The notes beneath the pieces are model-generated. The model was not told the origin of the DNA, did no database searches, and saw nothing but the letters and a program-made list of their open reading frames with translations. This document shows positions 1 to 8,610 of a DNA stretch of 47,546 bases, in pieces (the first letter of the stretch is position 1; each line of letters begins with the position of its first letter). Source of the DNA: Candidatus Bathyarchaeota archaeon (GTDB lineage: Archaea > Thermoproteota > Bathyarchaeia > Bathyarchaeales > Bathycorpusculaceae); contig CAVYHV010000001.1 in NCBI GenBank assembly GCA_963768425.1, positions 1-47,546 on the forward strand, given 5' to 3'. The translations under genes were made by a program, and so were the position numbers.

Positions 1-61
1 GTATCTGGACTTGAAATAAACATGGGGAGGATGCAACTTGCCGTGGGAAAAGGTCATTGAT

Positions 62-304
62 TTAGAAGAGGTTTTTTCGATGCAAAACTACCAAAACAAT
101 AATTACAGCTATCAAGATTGCACTTACTATGAGGGCGTTTGTCACAGATAATGAGGGACCAGTACTAATTTGGTCTGGAATTGCGGTAGGAGTGGGCGTA
201 GTTGTTATTTGAGCACTTGCAGGTTTAACTACCAGTAGACCCACACTTGAGATAGCCATTAATCCAATGAGAATCAAGAAGCAACTTTTGTTAATGCGTC
301 TCAT
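62..304 (-). CDS. Small secreted/membrane-anchored protein (signal peptide, Thr/Pro linker, C-terminal TM and basic tail)
   Basis: 80-aa ORF; signal peptide ending PASAQ, TTTPTPT linker, hydrophobic C-terminus followed by HRK; TATA-like TTTATAG about 25 nt upstream of the ATG. Confidence 0.75.
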   Translation of the reverse strand: MRRINKSCFLILIGLMAISSVGLLVVKPASAQITTTPTPTAIPDQISTGPSLSVTNALIVSAILIAVIIVLVVLHRKNLF

Positions 305-350
305 GCTTTTTTTATTATCCCATAGAGGCTATAAAGCTTTCAGGTTAAAC

Positions 351-384
351 ACTCTTAACTAAACTAAGTCAAACTTTCTTGACT
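351..384. repeat. Intergenic box motif copy 1 (actcttaact-N14-tttcttgact)
   Basis: Same 24-bp box spacing as copies at 1074-1107 and 2569-2602; 15 nt from the minus-strand TATA. Confidence 0.75.
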
Positions 385-441
385 AACACACAGAGGGATG
401 AGGTACTTTGCCGAGGGAAAAAGCCAATTTTTCTTTATTTG

Positions 442-972
442 TTACCAATAGCAGGGATTACCTAAAGCCCAGAGATGCCAAGTTAAATTCGATGGAACCA
501 CAATCGCTAAGGTACTCTTTCCAGTAACATAACTCCCGTTATCGCTTACGACTATGGGATTAATCTTTTCAAGCATGCCAGAAGTGATAGTGATTGTGGT
601 ATTTTCAGGAATCATTGGGTTGCTTGGGTCACCTCTAACGAAAACCAATTCCTGTCCAATCGCGCATTTCTCTGCAGTAACATATTCCTCATGTGACTGG
701 TTTGTTGACGCTGAAAGCGGTGTCAATGTATAGGTGTCTATGTTCGTAAAATTGATGTCACGCGCAGATTCTCCATCTTTAAAAATCCCTATCATGATTA
801 AAGTTTCTTTTGATTCAGAGGAAGGGAATACAATGTTGGTTAAAGTTACTGGATAAGTAGCTTGAGCTTTCTTAACCAAATTTGTTTGTTCAAAAACAAT
901 CGTTATCAATATTATACTGATAATCACTGCTGAAATCGTTAACCATAGTTTACTTTTTCTCACTATTCGCAC
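442..972 (-). CDS. Hypothetical protein with N-terminal membrane anchor/signal peptide
   Basis: 176-aa ORF with basic N-terminus and hydrophobic helix; true start may be the out-of-frame ATG at 1021 if there is an indel. Confidence 0.65.
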   Translation of the reverse strand: MRIVRKSKLWLTISAVIISIILITIVFEQTNLVKKAQATYPVTLTNIVFPSSESKETLIMIGIFKDGESARDINFTNIDTYTLTPLSASTNQSHEEYVTAEKCAIGQELVFVRGDPSNPMIPENTTITITSGMLEKINPIVVSDNGSYVTGKSTLAIVVPSNLTWHLWALGNPCYW

Positions 973-1073
973 TTTCTTTTGTCAAACCAACTGTCAAGAA
1001 CCAACGTTTGGTGTCAGTCATTCGTCTCTCAAATACGTTGGACAAATCAATGATTTAAACTGATTCGTAAAGG

Positions 1074-1107
1074 TTTCTTGACTAAGCCAAGTCAAGTTTT
1101 CTTGACC
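1074..1107. repeat. Intergenic box motif copy 2 (tttcttgact-aagccaagtcaagt-tttcttgacc)
   Basis: Contains the inverted repeat CTTGACT-N6-AGTCAAG plus a direct box 24 bp away. Confidence 0.8.
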
Positions 1108-1132
1108 AAACTTTGGGGTACACAGATACCTA

Positions 1133-1690
1133 TTAGGTGGTACCGCGGTACCTCAAGTTAATGGTTTTTCGATGCCTAAGTATCACGGCAATAGAGAGCA
1201 TACCGATTAGCAAAGGTATGACGGCTAACCAAGATAACTCTGGAACGGATGGTGTTGAAGTTGAAGGCGGATAATAGCTGTCTGGATAATAGTTGACAAG
1301 GTATGTAACCGTTTGCGGGGTAGCCCAATTGCCAACTGTATCATTAGCATAAAGGGTTAGAGTATTGGACCCACTTTTCGGGAACTGGTATCCATCTTTT
1401 AAATACGCGCTATGGTCGGTGATGTTTCCAGTGCAAGTTATATTTGCGCCTCCATCAATGCTATATCCAGCCCATGAAAGCGTATCATTCGTTTGGTAAA
1501 GCAACTGGAAGTAAACTCCGCCGATACTAACATTGAAAAAAGTTCCGTTTGTAGGATACAAAATCGAAACAAATGAGTCTGTGTTATTTTGAGCATTGGC
1601 GGGTTCAGCCATCAATAAAGTCAGACATGGCAAAGCGAGAATTACTGTCAGGATTAATGCGAAAGTTTTGCCCTTTTTATCCATATTCAT
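1133..1690 (-). CDS. Secreted surface protein with PEF-CTERM-like archaeosortase sorting signal
   Basis: Signal peptide KTFALILT...ANAQ; Ig-like beta segment (YSIDGG...LTLYANDTVGN); C-terminal VPEL + TM + RHRK. Confidence 0.75.
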   Translation of the reverse strand: MNMDKKGKTFALILTVILALPCLTLLMAEPANAQNNTDSFVSILYPTNGTFFNVSIGGVYFQLLYQTNDTLSWAGYSIDGGANITCTGNITDHSAYLKDGYQFPKSGSNTLTLYANDTVGNWATPQTVTYLVNYYPDSYYPPSTSTPSVPELSWLAVIPLLIGMLSIAVILRHRKTINLRYRGTT

Positions 1691-1828
1691 TGCTACCGCA
1701 CTCTCGTTATACTTTATTTTTTCAGCAGTCGTGATTATAAAACTACTTTTTAGAACAGTTGAACTTGCATAATGAGTTTTTTTGACTTAATCAAATAGAC
1801 ATAGGGTACACCATATATCATGAAAAGG

Positions 1829-2522
1829 TCATTTTATCAAGTTAGCGGTTTTTCGATGATGACTGAAGTAAGAGTAAAAGTGACGAAAGAATTGCAACAG
1901 TACCAGTACTGGCAACCGCTCCAAATAACAATACAACCTCTGAATAAGCAAAAGGAGTACTCAGAACGGTTGTGAAAGGAGTTACTGGTATGATTACTGC
2001 CGGCATGGTTACTGTTTGTGGGCTACTCCAACCGCTTTCAGTGCCGTTAAAAACTAAATCGCCATTGCCATAAGGGTTATTTAATGAACCTATCATTGCT
2101 TGCACTTCGAAAGATACGTTAGTGTCGGGGGGAGTTTGTTCACATAAGCCACCTAAGACGAAAAAGTCGTTTTTGTTTTCTACTTGTATCGACGTGTAAG
2201 TAAGGGTTGTGTAATCCGACGTTGATTGTGCTGGATAGGTAAATTCAGGAGTGTACATAACACTGTAGGCTTGGTCAATCTGCCTTTTTACCCTCACATT
2301 GTAGCAAAGCGTAATGTTTTGCCCATTACTCACATAAGGTGTGAACGATTGATTCTTTATCACGACCTGCAATTCTGTCGAATTTACTTTTACGGTGAAT
2401 TGTGGAACAGATGGAGTAGGTATTGTTTGGGCATTTACAGATTTAACTGTCGGGAGGGTTAGACATGATATAGCAAAAACAATTGTTAGGATTAAAGCGA
2501 AAGTTTTGCAGGTTTAGCCCAT
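1829..2522 (-). pseudogene. Paralogous secreted surface protein with an in-frame TAA at codon 3 (pseudogene or sequencing error)
   Basis: ATG at 2522 then GGC TAA, then in-frame TCKTFALILTIVFAISCLTLPTVKSVNAQTIPTPSVPQF joining ORF 1842-2372; an alternative frame at the 3' end gives HHRKTANLIK*. Confidence 0.7.
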
Positions 2523-2568
2523 ACTTAGCTATATCACCTTGAAGGCGATAAAAGGCTATTCGTGAAAC

Positions 2569-2602
2569 TTTCTTCACTGACTTAACTCTAAGTTTCTTGA
2601 CT
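2569..2602. repeat. Intergenic box motif copy 3 (tttcttcact-N14-tttcttgact)
   Basis: 24-bp spacing conserved; 15 nt from the minus-strand TTTTAT box. Confidence 0.7.
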
Positions 2603-2625
2603 ACGCGACTTTGATTTAAGATTTA

Positions 2626-3270
2626 TCATCCAAGTACAATTGCGAACCCATTGAACTCAAATGTCTTATAACCAATTGCTGGATGCAAGAACAAGAAGTT
2701 AACATTACTTGAAGCTTGAACAGACCAAGAATATCCCCAATACCCCGATGGTTTTTGTGTCCAATGTACTATGGGCGTCGTATCGTTAAGGGTAGCTGGA
2801 ATAATTTTGCTGCTATGGGCGTTTACAGTAACTTTGGGGATAACGATGCTTCCTAAGTTATAGTTTGTTTGCTGTTGGTTTATAGCTGTGATAGTGGCAG
2901 ACATTGTTAAGGTCAGCGTTAAGTTTTGGTCTCCTGTATTGGCAATATTTAGGTAGCCTTCTCCACCGTATATCCTGTATGTCCCTGTACTAAAACTGAT
3001 AAGCGCAGGGTTGGTGCTATTTGCTTCAGGCGGTATGTAATTGGTTATACTAATGACGTTGAGAGGTTTCTCTGCTGGAATTGCAACTGCAATATAGGAT
3101 GCTAAAAATGTCGAGAAGGCTATGATAACAATGATTGCTGCGGTTGCATACTTGTATTTTTGCCATTTGCCTGATTTGTACACTTTTTGGTCACTTTCAT
3201 CCTCTACGATGTTTTTGCTCTTTAGCCTATCTTTTAGAACAGCGACTTCGAAGTTGCTTAGTTCTAACAA
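2626..3270 (-). CDS. Hypothetical single-TM membrane protein with beta-rich extracellular part
   Basis: 214-aa ORF, TM helix at about aa 42-64, several N-x-S/T sequons. Confidence 0.65.
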   Translation of the reverse strand: MLELSNFEVAVLKDRLKSKNIVEDESDQKVYKSGKWQKYKYATAAIIVIIAFSTFLASYIAVAIPAEKPLNVISITNYIPPEANSTNPALISFSTGTYRIYGGEGYLNIANTGDQNLTLTLTMSATITAINQQQTNYNLGSIVIPKVTVNAHSSKIIPATLNDTTPIVHWTQKPSGYWGYSWSVQASSNVNFLFLHPAIGYKTFEFNGFAIVLG

Positions 3271-3436
3271 AACATAGCTCTCTGGAATTCAACAAATTCT
3301 ACTAAAGTGAACTGGCGGAGATTAAGCTCTATTGCCTGTAAATATTTCCATGTTAAAATACGCTTAACCAGTTCGTTTAGTTGCTTGTCAGAACTCTTTT
3401 ATAGGTAATTTTTCAGAGTTTAATTGGTGATAATTT

Positions 3437-3730
3437 TTGTCGAATTTTATTGTTCTTGGAAACTGGACCGAACAAGGTATAAAAAATGTTGCAGAATCTC
3501 CGGAAAGAGTCAAGGCAGCCAGAAAAATGATTGAAAAAGCTGGTGGAAAACTGCAGTTTTTCACAACTATGGGGAAATATGATTTTGTGCTTTTCGTTGA
3601 AATTCCTAAGGATGAAGACTTGGCGGCTATTCTTTTGTGCACTGGCAGCCTGGGAAACATTCGTACGACAACTATGAAGGCTTGGACAGAGGCAGAAGCT
3701 GCTAAACTGCTTACTGGGCCTCACCCTTAA
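3437..3730 (+). CDS. GYD domain protein
   Basis: 97 aa; WTEQGIKNV...GGKL...MGKYDFV...GNIRTTTM is typical of the GYD family. Confidence 0.85.
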   Translation: MSNFIVLGNWTEQGIKNVAESPERVKAARKMIEKAGGKLQFFTTMGKYDFVLFVEIPKDEDLAAILLCTGSLGNIRTTTMKAWTEAEAAKLLTGPHP

Positions 3731-3892
3731 CATTATTTGCACCCATCTGTAATAGTTTTTAACCGTTCCCTTCTTTTGTCAAAAAAGATGTCAAAAAAAA
3801 ATTCTGTGAAGAAACCTTTTTTTAAGAAACAAAAGGGGCATGTAATAAGTAAATAGAGCTCTACGTATTACTTATTCTAAGGAAAGATTTCT

Positions 3893-4015
3893 GTGAGATG
3901 CAAAAACTGCGGGCACCTTATATTGGTTGTTAGTTCAGTTGGCGAGGACACAGTTTACAAGCACAAACAATCTAACCACAGCATGTACTGTCCATGTAGG
4001 AAACCAGAACCATAG
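3893..4015 (+). CDS. 40-aa Zn-finger micro-protein (not in ORF track)
   Basis: GTG start; MRCKNCGHLILVVSSVGEDTVYKHKQSNHSMYCPCRKPEP*, with CxxC...H...CxC. Confidence 0.55.
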   Translation: MRCKNCGHLILVVSSVGEDTVYKHKQSNHSMYCPCRKPEP

Positions 4016-4178
4016 ATTTTCTGGAGAAAATGCAGGGGAGAAAACATAAGTTACTAAATAAGGAAACATTTGGGTTTCAGTAGAGGGTTGTTGCTTGGTT
4101 TCGTGTTTTTTCTGTTATGGATTGCAACTTAAAACTTCTTAAGCAGATTAGTACTTACCTTAGGTCGGTGAAAATGTT

Positions 4179-4379
4179 ATGTCAAAAAAACAGAAGGAAG
4201 AAGCAGGAATAGTTGAATCTATTGAAGTAATTGTTAACAAAAAACGGGGTAACGCAAGTTTTGAAATAAAACATGACGTAAATGGAAAAGAAACCATGGC
4301 TATAACGTGCAAAGATGAGAATGGTAAGGAAGTGAAAATAGAAGTTCCTTGGGAAAAAGTCAAACAATTAAAGAAATAA
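4179..4379 (+). CDS. Small hypothetical protein
   Basis: 66-aa ORF preceded by GGTGA SD-like sequence; protein-like composition. Confidence 0.55.
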   Translation: MSKKQKEEAGIVESIEVIVNKKRGNASFEIKHDVNGKETMAITCKDENGKEVKIEVPWEKVKQLKK

Positions 4380-4422
4380 GATCCTCAAACGATTTTATTT
4401 CTCTTAGAAGAGAACTTGGATT

Positions 4423-4716
4423 TTAGTAAAGTATTGCTGCTTGGTTTCGTGCTTCCTCAACTATGGGTAGCACTTGTTTTAGTTCTTTAAAGTATTTTAG
4501 AACGGTTATTCCACGTGGTGTGACGGCGTAAACTACACGTTGTTTCCTCATGGTGCGTTCTTCTACCAAGCCTTGTTTTAGTAGGAAGTCAAGGTACTCT
4601 TTGAGGACACTGCAGTTCACGTTTGCTTTGTACATGACGTGGGTTAGCTTTAGTGGTCCTCTTTGAGCCAGAACCGATAGGATGGAAATGTACATTTCTA
4701 ATTTGGAGCGTCTCAT
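4423..4716 (-). CDS. Winged-helix transcriptional regulator (HTH_45-type)
   Basis: MRRSKLEMYISIL...THVMYKANVN...YLDFL...GLV...YAVTPRG pattern. Confidence 0.85.
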   Translation of the reverse strand: MRRSKLEMYISILSVLAQRGPLKLTHVMYKANVNCSVLKEYLDFLLKQGLVEERTMRKQRVVYAVTPRGITVLKYFKELKQVLPIVEEARNQAAILY

Positions 4717-5021
4717 ATTAATCGGTTTATTATTTATTTGAAATAAGAATTAACGATATGTGTGTAGTAAAAAACATACTCATTTGTCTATTAACTTAAA
4801 CTTTGAAAAGGAAAAAGCTTGATAAATTTGGTTTTTGCGGGTTTTTAGTTTTTCTTGGTTGGTTGAGTTCATGCATGGTATTTGCGTTGTTGTTTTGTTA
4901 CAGTCACAAACCAATTTATGCATCTGCACCTACGTTGTAGCTGGATCTTGTAGTCCCAACAAGCGCGGTCCCAGAATTGCAGAGGTGATTTTTCGTTGTT
5001 TACTTCCTTTAAGGAGAAACC

Positions 5022-5238
5022 ATGGAGCGTCCTTCTTCTTCAAGGATACATCCTAGACGACCAAGTGCGAGCCCCACAATGCGTCAACTGCAAATCAAAC
5101 GCCCATCCGCTAACCGTAAATTATGGCAACCCCAACCTCTGTCTCTACGGCTGCCAAGACACCAAATGCAAACACAGACTCCTACGTTTTGACTTTAACG
5201 CAACCAGCAGTTTCAAAACGGCGGTTGCAACAAGTTGA
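5022..5238 (+). CDS. Small Zn-finger protein (probable indel right after the start)
   Basis: GGAG SD and ATG at 5022; body has CVNC...CQDTKC. Confidence 0.45.
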
Positions 5239-5258
5239 TAAAACAAGGCTTCTCGATT

Positions 5259-5552
5259 TTATTGGGGTTTCCATGTGCAGTTGATTGCTTTGCTGTCGCA
5301 GGCTGACGTGCATGGGGTTTGGTTGGTTTCGGGTTTGCAGGGTGCGCAGGTGTACTTTATTTTTTTGCGGTGCTCTTCCGTTACTGAGGCGACGGTTTTG
5401 TCTTCGAGGTCGATGAACATGGTTTCCAGCTGAAGCGCTGATTGTGGGCATGCTTTGACGCATTTGCCGCAGCCGCTGCATTTGTCGGTGTCAATGGTTA
5501 TGTAGTATTCGCCTGAACCGTCGCTGTAGCCATAATGCGTGATGAAGCTCGT
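5259..5552 (-). CDS. BzdM-like [4Fe-4S] ferredoxin
   Basis: HYGYSDGSGEYYITIDTDKCSGCGKCVKACP...EEHRKKIKYTCAPCKP...PC..AC resembles the ferredoxin of Azoarcus-type benzoyl-CoA reductase clusters; only an ACG follows the GGAGG SD. Confidence 0.85.
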   Translation of the reverse strand, partial: TSFITHYGYSDGSGEYYITIDTDKCSGCGKCVKACPQSALQLETMFIDLEDKTVASVTEEHRKKIKYTCAPCKPETNQTPCTSACDSKAINCTWKPQ

Positions 5553-5559
5553 TTGCCTC

Positions 5560-6474
5560 CTAACTTTTCTGTGCTTTCTCGTAGAGGGCTTTGCCGAAGA
5601 GTGCCGCGCCGAAAGCGCCTGCAACCATGGGGTCTAAGCCTTCTTCTCGCCAGTTAGGCATGGGCAGGCATTTGACGCCGAGGACGACTTCGATGCGGCT
5701 GACGATTCCGATGTTTTTGCATTGCCCGCCTGTGATGACGAGTTCTTTTTCTAAGCCTACCCTGTTAATCAGGTTAGCCATGCGAACCGCCATTGCCCGC
5801 GTGTAGGCAGCTAAAACTTTTTCTTTTGACCAGCCTTTGCGCAGCAGCCCGATGGCTTCGGTTTTTGCGAAGGCGACGCATGTGCAGCTGACTGGCGGCG
5901 GTTCTTCGTCGACTTTGAGTGAGATGGCGCCGATTTCTTCGATGGGAATTTTCATCAGGTCGGCGAAGACTTCCATGCCTCTGCCTGTTCCCGCAGCGCA
6001 TTTGTCATTCATGAGGAAGCTGACTGACTCTGCCTGTTTCGTCGCTGCGGATGGCTTTGATGTCTTGTCCGCCTACGTCAAGCACGGTTCGCACGCTTGG
6101 TCCCCAAATGTAGTTTGCGCCTTTCGCGTGGCAGGCGATTTCGGTGATGGCTTTGTTCGCCATGGGAACGTTAACGCGCCCGTACCCTGTGCCGACGATG
6201 TATTTGAGGTCGCTGTGCTTTCAGACCCGTGCCCTGCAGACGCCAAGCCCAAAACTTTGGTTGCGCTCTCGGGGCTGTTAGAGCCCGTTCGCGTTATGCC
6301 CCAAGAGTAGGCTTCGCCGTTAACCATGATGGCGGCTTTGGAGCCGACGGAGCCAACGTCGACGCCTGCCGTGATGAGGTCTTTGCTTTTCCACTCTTTG
6401 CCTTCGACGATGCGGTTGTATTCTCGCCAACGCCAAAACTCAAGTTCGTCTTTCACGCTGCTTGGCTCCTTCAT
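5560..6474 (-). CDS. BzdQ-like ASKHA ATPase (benzoyl-CoA reductase/dehydratase activator subunit), frameshifted
   Basis: Joined ORFs 6073-6474 and 5560-6012: FWRW N-terminal extension, AGVDVGS, MNDKCAAGTGR, SCTCVAFAKTE, ITGG, GAFGAAL. Confidence 0.85.
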
Positions 6475-7260
6475 TTTTGCGCCTCCTTAGCTCGGTTTGC
6501 TGCCGTTAAAGCCGCGCCCAATGCGCCTGCGTAATCGGGAAACTCGGGAATAAGAATTTCTACGCCGAGTTTCCTTTTCAGGGATGCGATGAAGCCGACG
6601 TCTTTGGCTACGCCGCCGATGAGCACCACGTCGGGGTTTACGCCTAGCCTGTGGACCATGGATGAGATTCGGTCGGCCATTGCGTCGAAGACTGCGCGGG
6701 CGATTTCGGGTTTGGATTCTTGGCGGTGGATAAGTGAGACGACGTCGGATTCGCCGAAGATGACGCAGGACGCGTTTATGGGGCTTGCGCGTTCCGCTTT
6801 AAGGGAGAGGGGACCCATATCTTCCAGCTTGACTTCCAGCGCTCTTGCCATCGCCTCGATGAATGCTCCTGCGCCTGCGGCGCAGCGTTCGTTAACGACG
6901 AAGTCAACCATCATGGCTTTTTCGTCGCATTTTACTGCTCGGGCTTCTTCAGCGCCGATGTCAATTATGGTTCGGGCTTTCGGGAAAAAGATAGACTCCT
7001 GCTTTGGCGTCTGCGCCCATCATGCTAACGGTGCTGTCTGCGTGAGGCGCATTTTCCATCGATGAACCCGTGGCAACCGAGTAGGCTATGTCTTTGCGGT
7101 TGAAGTTCGCGTCTTTCAATGCTTCGGCAACTGCTTCTTCCGCCGCTTTTGTAGCGTCAAAGCCTGAGAAAGCTTGTCCTCTTGCAACGACGGCGCCGTC
7201 TTTCAGGATTACGGCTTTTACTCTTTGCGTGCCAAGGTCCATTCCCAGAGTTATCATCAT
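6471..7260 (-). CDS. BzdP-like ASKHA ATPase activator subunit, frameshifted
   Basis: Joined ORFs 6961-7260 and 6471-6914: LGMDLGTQ, NERCAAGAGAF, NASCVIFGESDVVSL, IGGVAKD, GALGAAL. Confidence 0.85.
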
Positions 7261-7268
7261 GTTTGCCC

Positions 7269-8603
7269 CTAAATGTCGACTCGTGCGGTTAGCATTTCAA
7301 GGAATGCTTCAACGCGGGTTTTCATTTGCCCGACGTCTTCCCGGGTGTATTCGGTGTCAAGGTAGTACATTGGGATGTTGATTTTGTCCAAGCGCCTTTT
7401 TGACTCGGGTGTACTCCATCGCGTAGAGCATGCAGCCGCGGGTCACGTAGTAGATGACGCCTTGAACGTTGGATTCTTTGACTTTGTTTAGGAGCCAGTT
7501 GATTCGGTCTTCGTTTCCGTCGCTTGACGTGAAGCAGGGGCAGGTGGAAGCCATAAGGTAGCGTTCTCCGATGGCGTTTAACATGTCATCCATGGTCCAT
7601 TCGTCCACGCCGACGGGGTCGTTTAGGATTCGTTCGCCCGAGCAAAGCTCGTCAGCGACGATGATGCCTTTCGGGTTAGCTTCCTCCACCAGGTTCGGCA
7701 GTTTCCAGCTGTCAGGCCAAAACATCGGCGTACCCGTCACCAAAACCCGTGGCGTATCAGGCGGGCAAACCCAGTCTTTCCGCTGCGGCACGCTTCTCAA
7801 GCTCATCGCACAAGCGCCGTCGGCTTTCTCGGTCCAACGTTCCTTGTCATCCCACAGGTAGGCTTGGTTAACAAGCATGGCGTCTCTGCCCATAATCACG
7901 GGGTTGCCTTTGCGCAGGTCTTGCAGGCGGCGGAAAACCCTTGTGGCCTTCTGCGTTTGCTCGATGGCTGCTTTTAGGTTTTTTCGGGTGATTTTGTTTC
8001 CTGTGAATTTTTCAAGCTGTTTTTTCATGTTGATTATTTCGTCATCCCAGAAGCGAAGGGAATGCGCGGCGTCTTTGACTCTTGGGATGTTCATTTCCCA
8101 GATGGGTTTGTAGTCGCTGAGGATTTCGCCCAGCTTGGTCATGCCGTCGCATGTCAAAACGCTGATTAAGGCGTCGCTTTGCTCGAGGAAAGGCGAGAGC
8201 CCAATCATTTTTGCGCCTATGGTTGAGCGGATAACTGGGCAAACCTCAACGGGCACGACGCGGTCGCCGATTTTGGAGGTGTCATACCAGCCGCAGTTGA
8301 CGCGGACAGGGATGGCGTCGGCTGCCAAAATCAGTTCGGTCGGCGCAAAGAGGCACATGTAACCGATGATTTTCTTGCCTTTTTCCTTTTCCGCCGCAAG
8401 CTCTCTTTGGCGTTGCCCGAACAGGTTGGAGATTTCGTCGAAGTACTTCATGGCTTCGGGTCTGTTCGGGTCAGCTTTCTTCATGCGTTCGATGTTTTCA
8501 GCCATTATCTTTTCAGAAGAGTTTTGATGGTGCTTTTAAGTTCATCGATTTCTTTTGCTGGGATTTCAGGCGTGTATTTCTTTTCTATTTTATCGTTTTT
8601 CAT
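7269..8603 (-). CDS. 2-hydroxyacyl-CoA dehydratase/benzoyl-CoA reductase family Fe-S protein, most like double-cubane cluster proteins; frameshifted
   Basis: GYMC, EVCPVIRS, LTCDG, GRDAMLVNQ...DD..RW, LCDELEKR (shifted frame), TGTPM..PDSWKL, DELC, TCPCFT, RGC; rescued C-terminus LDTEYTREDVGQMKTRVEAFLEML with stop at 7269; probable start at ATG 8603. Confidence 0.8.
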
Positions 8604-8610
8604 CGATTTT

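Noticed and set aside
351-2602. Classical integron attC sites
   Set aside because: No RYYYAAC...GTTRRRY-bounded long hairpins were evident, and the genes have their own promoters; kept only as a cassette-like hypothesis
5259-8603. Complete canonical benzoyl-CoA reductase (bzdNOPQ)
   Set aside because: Only one catalytic-family gene is present, its motifs look DCCP-like, and no aromatic pathway genes are nearby; bzd symbols were withheld
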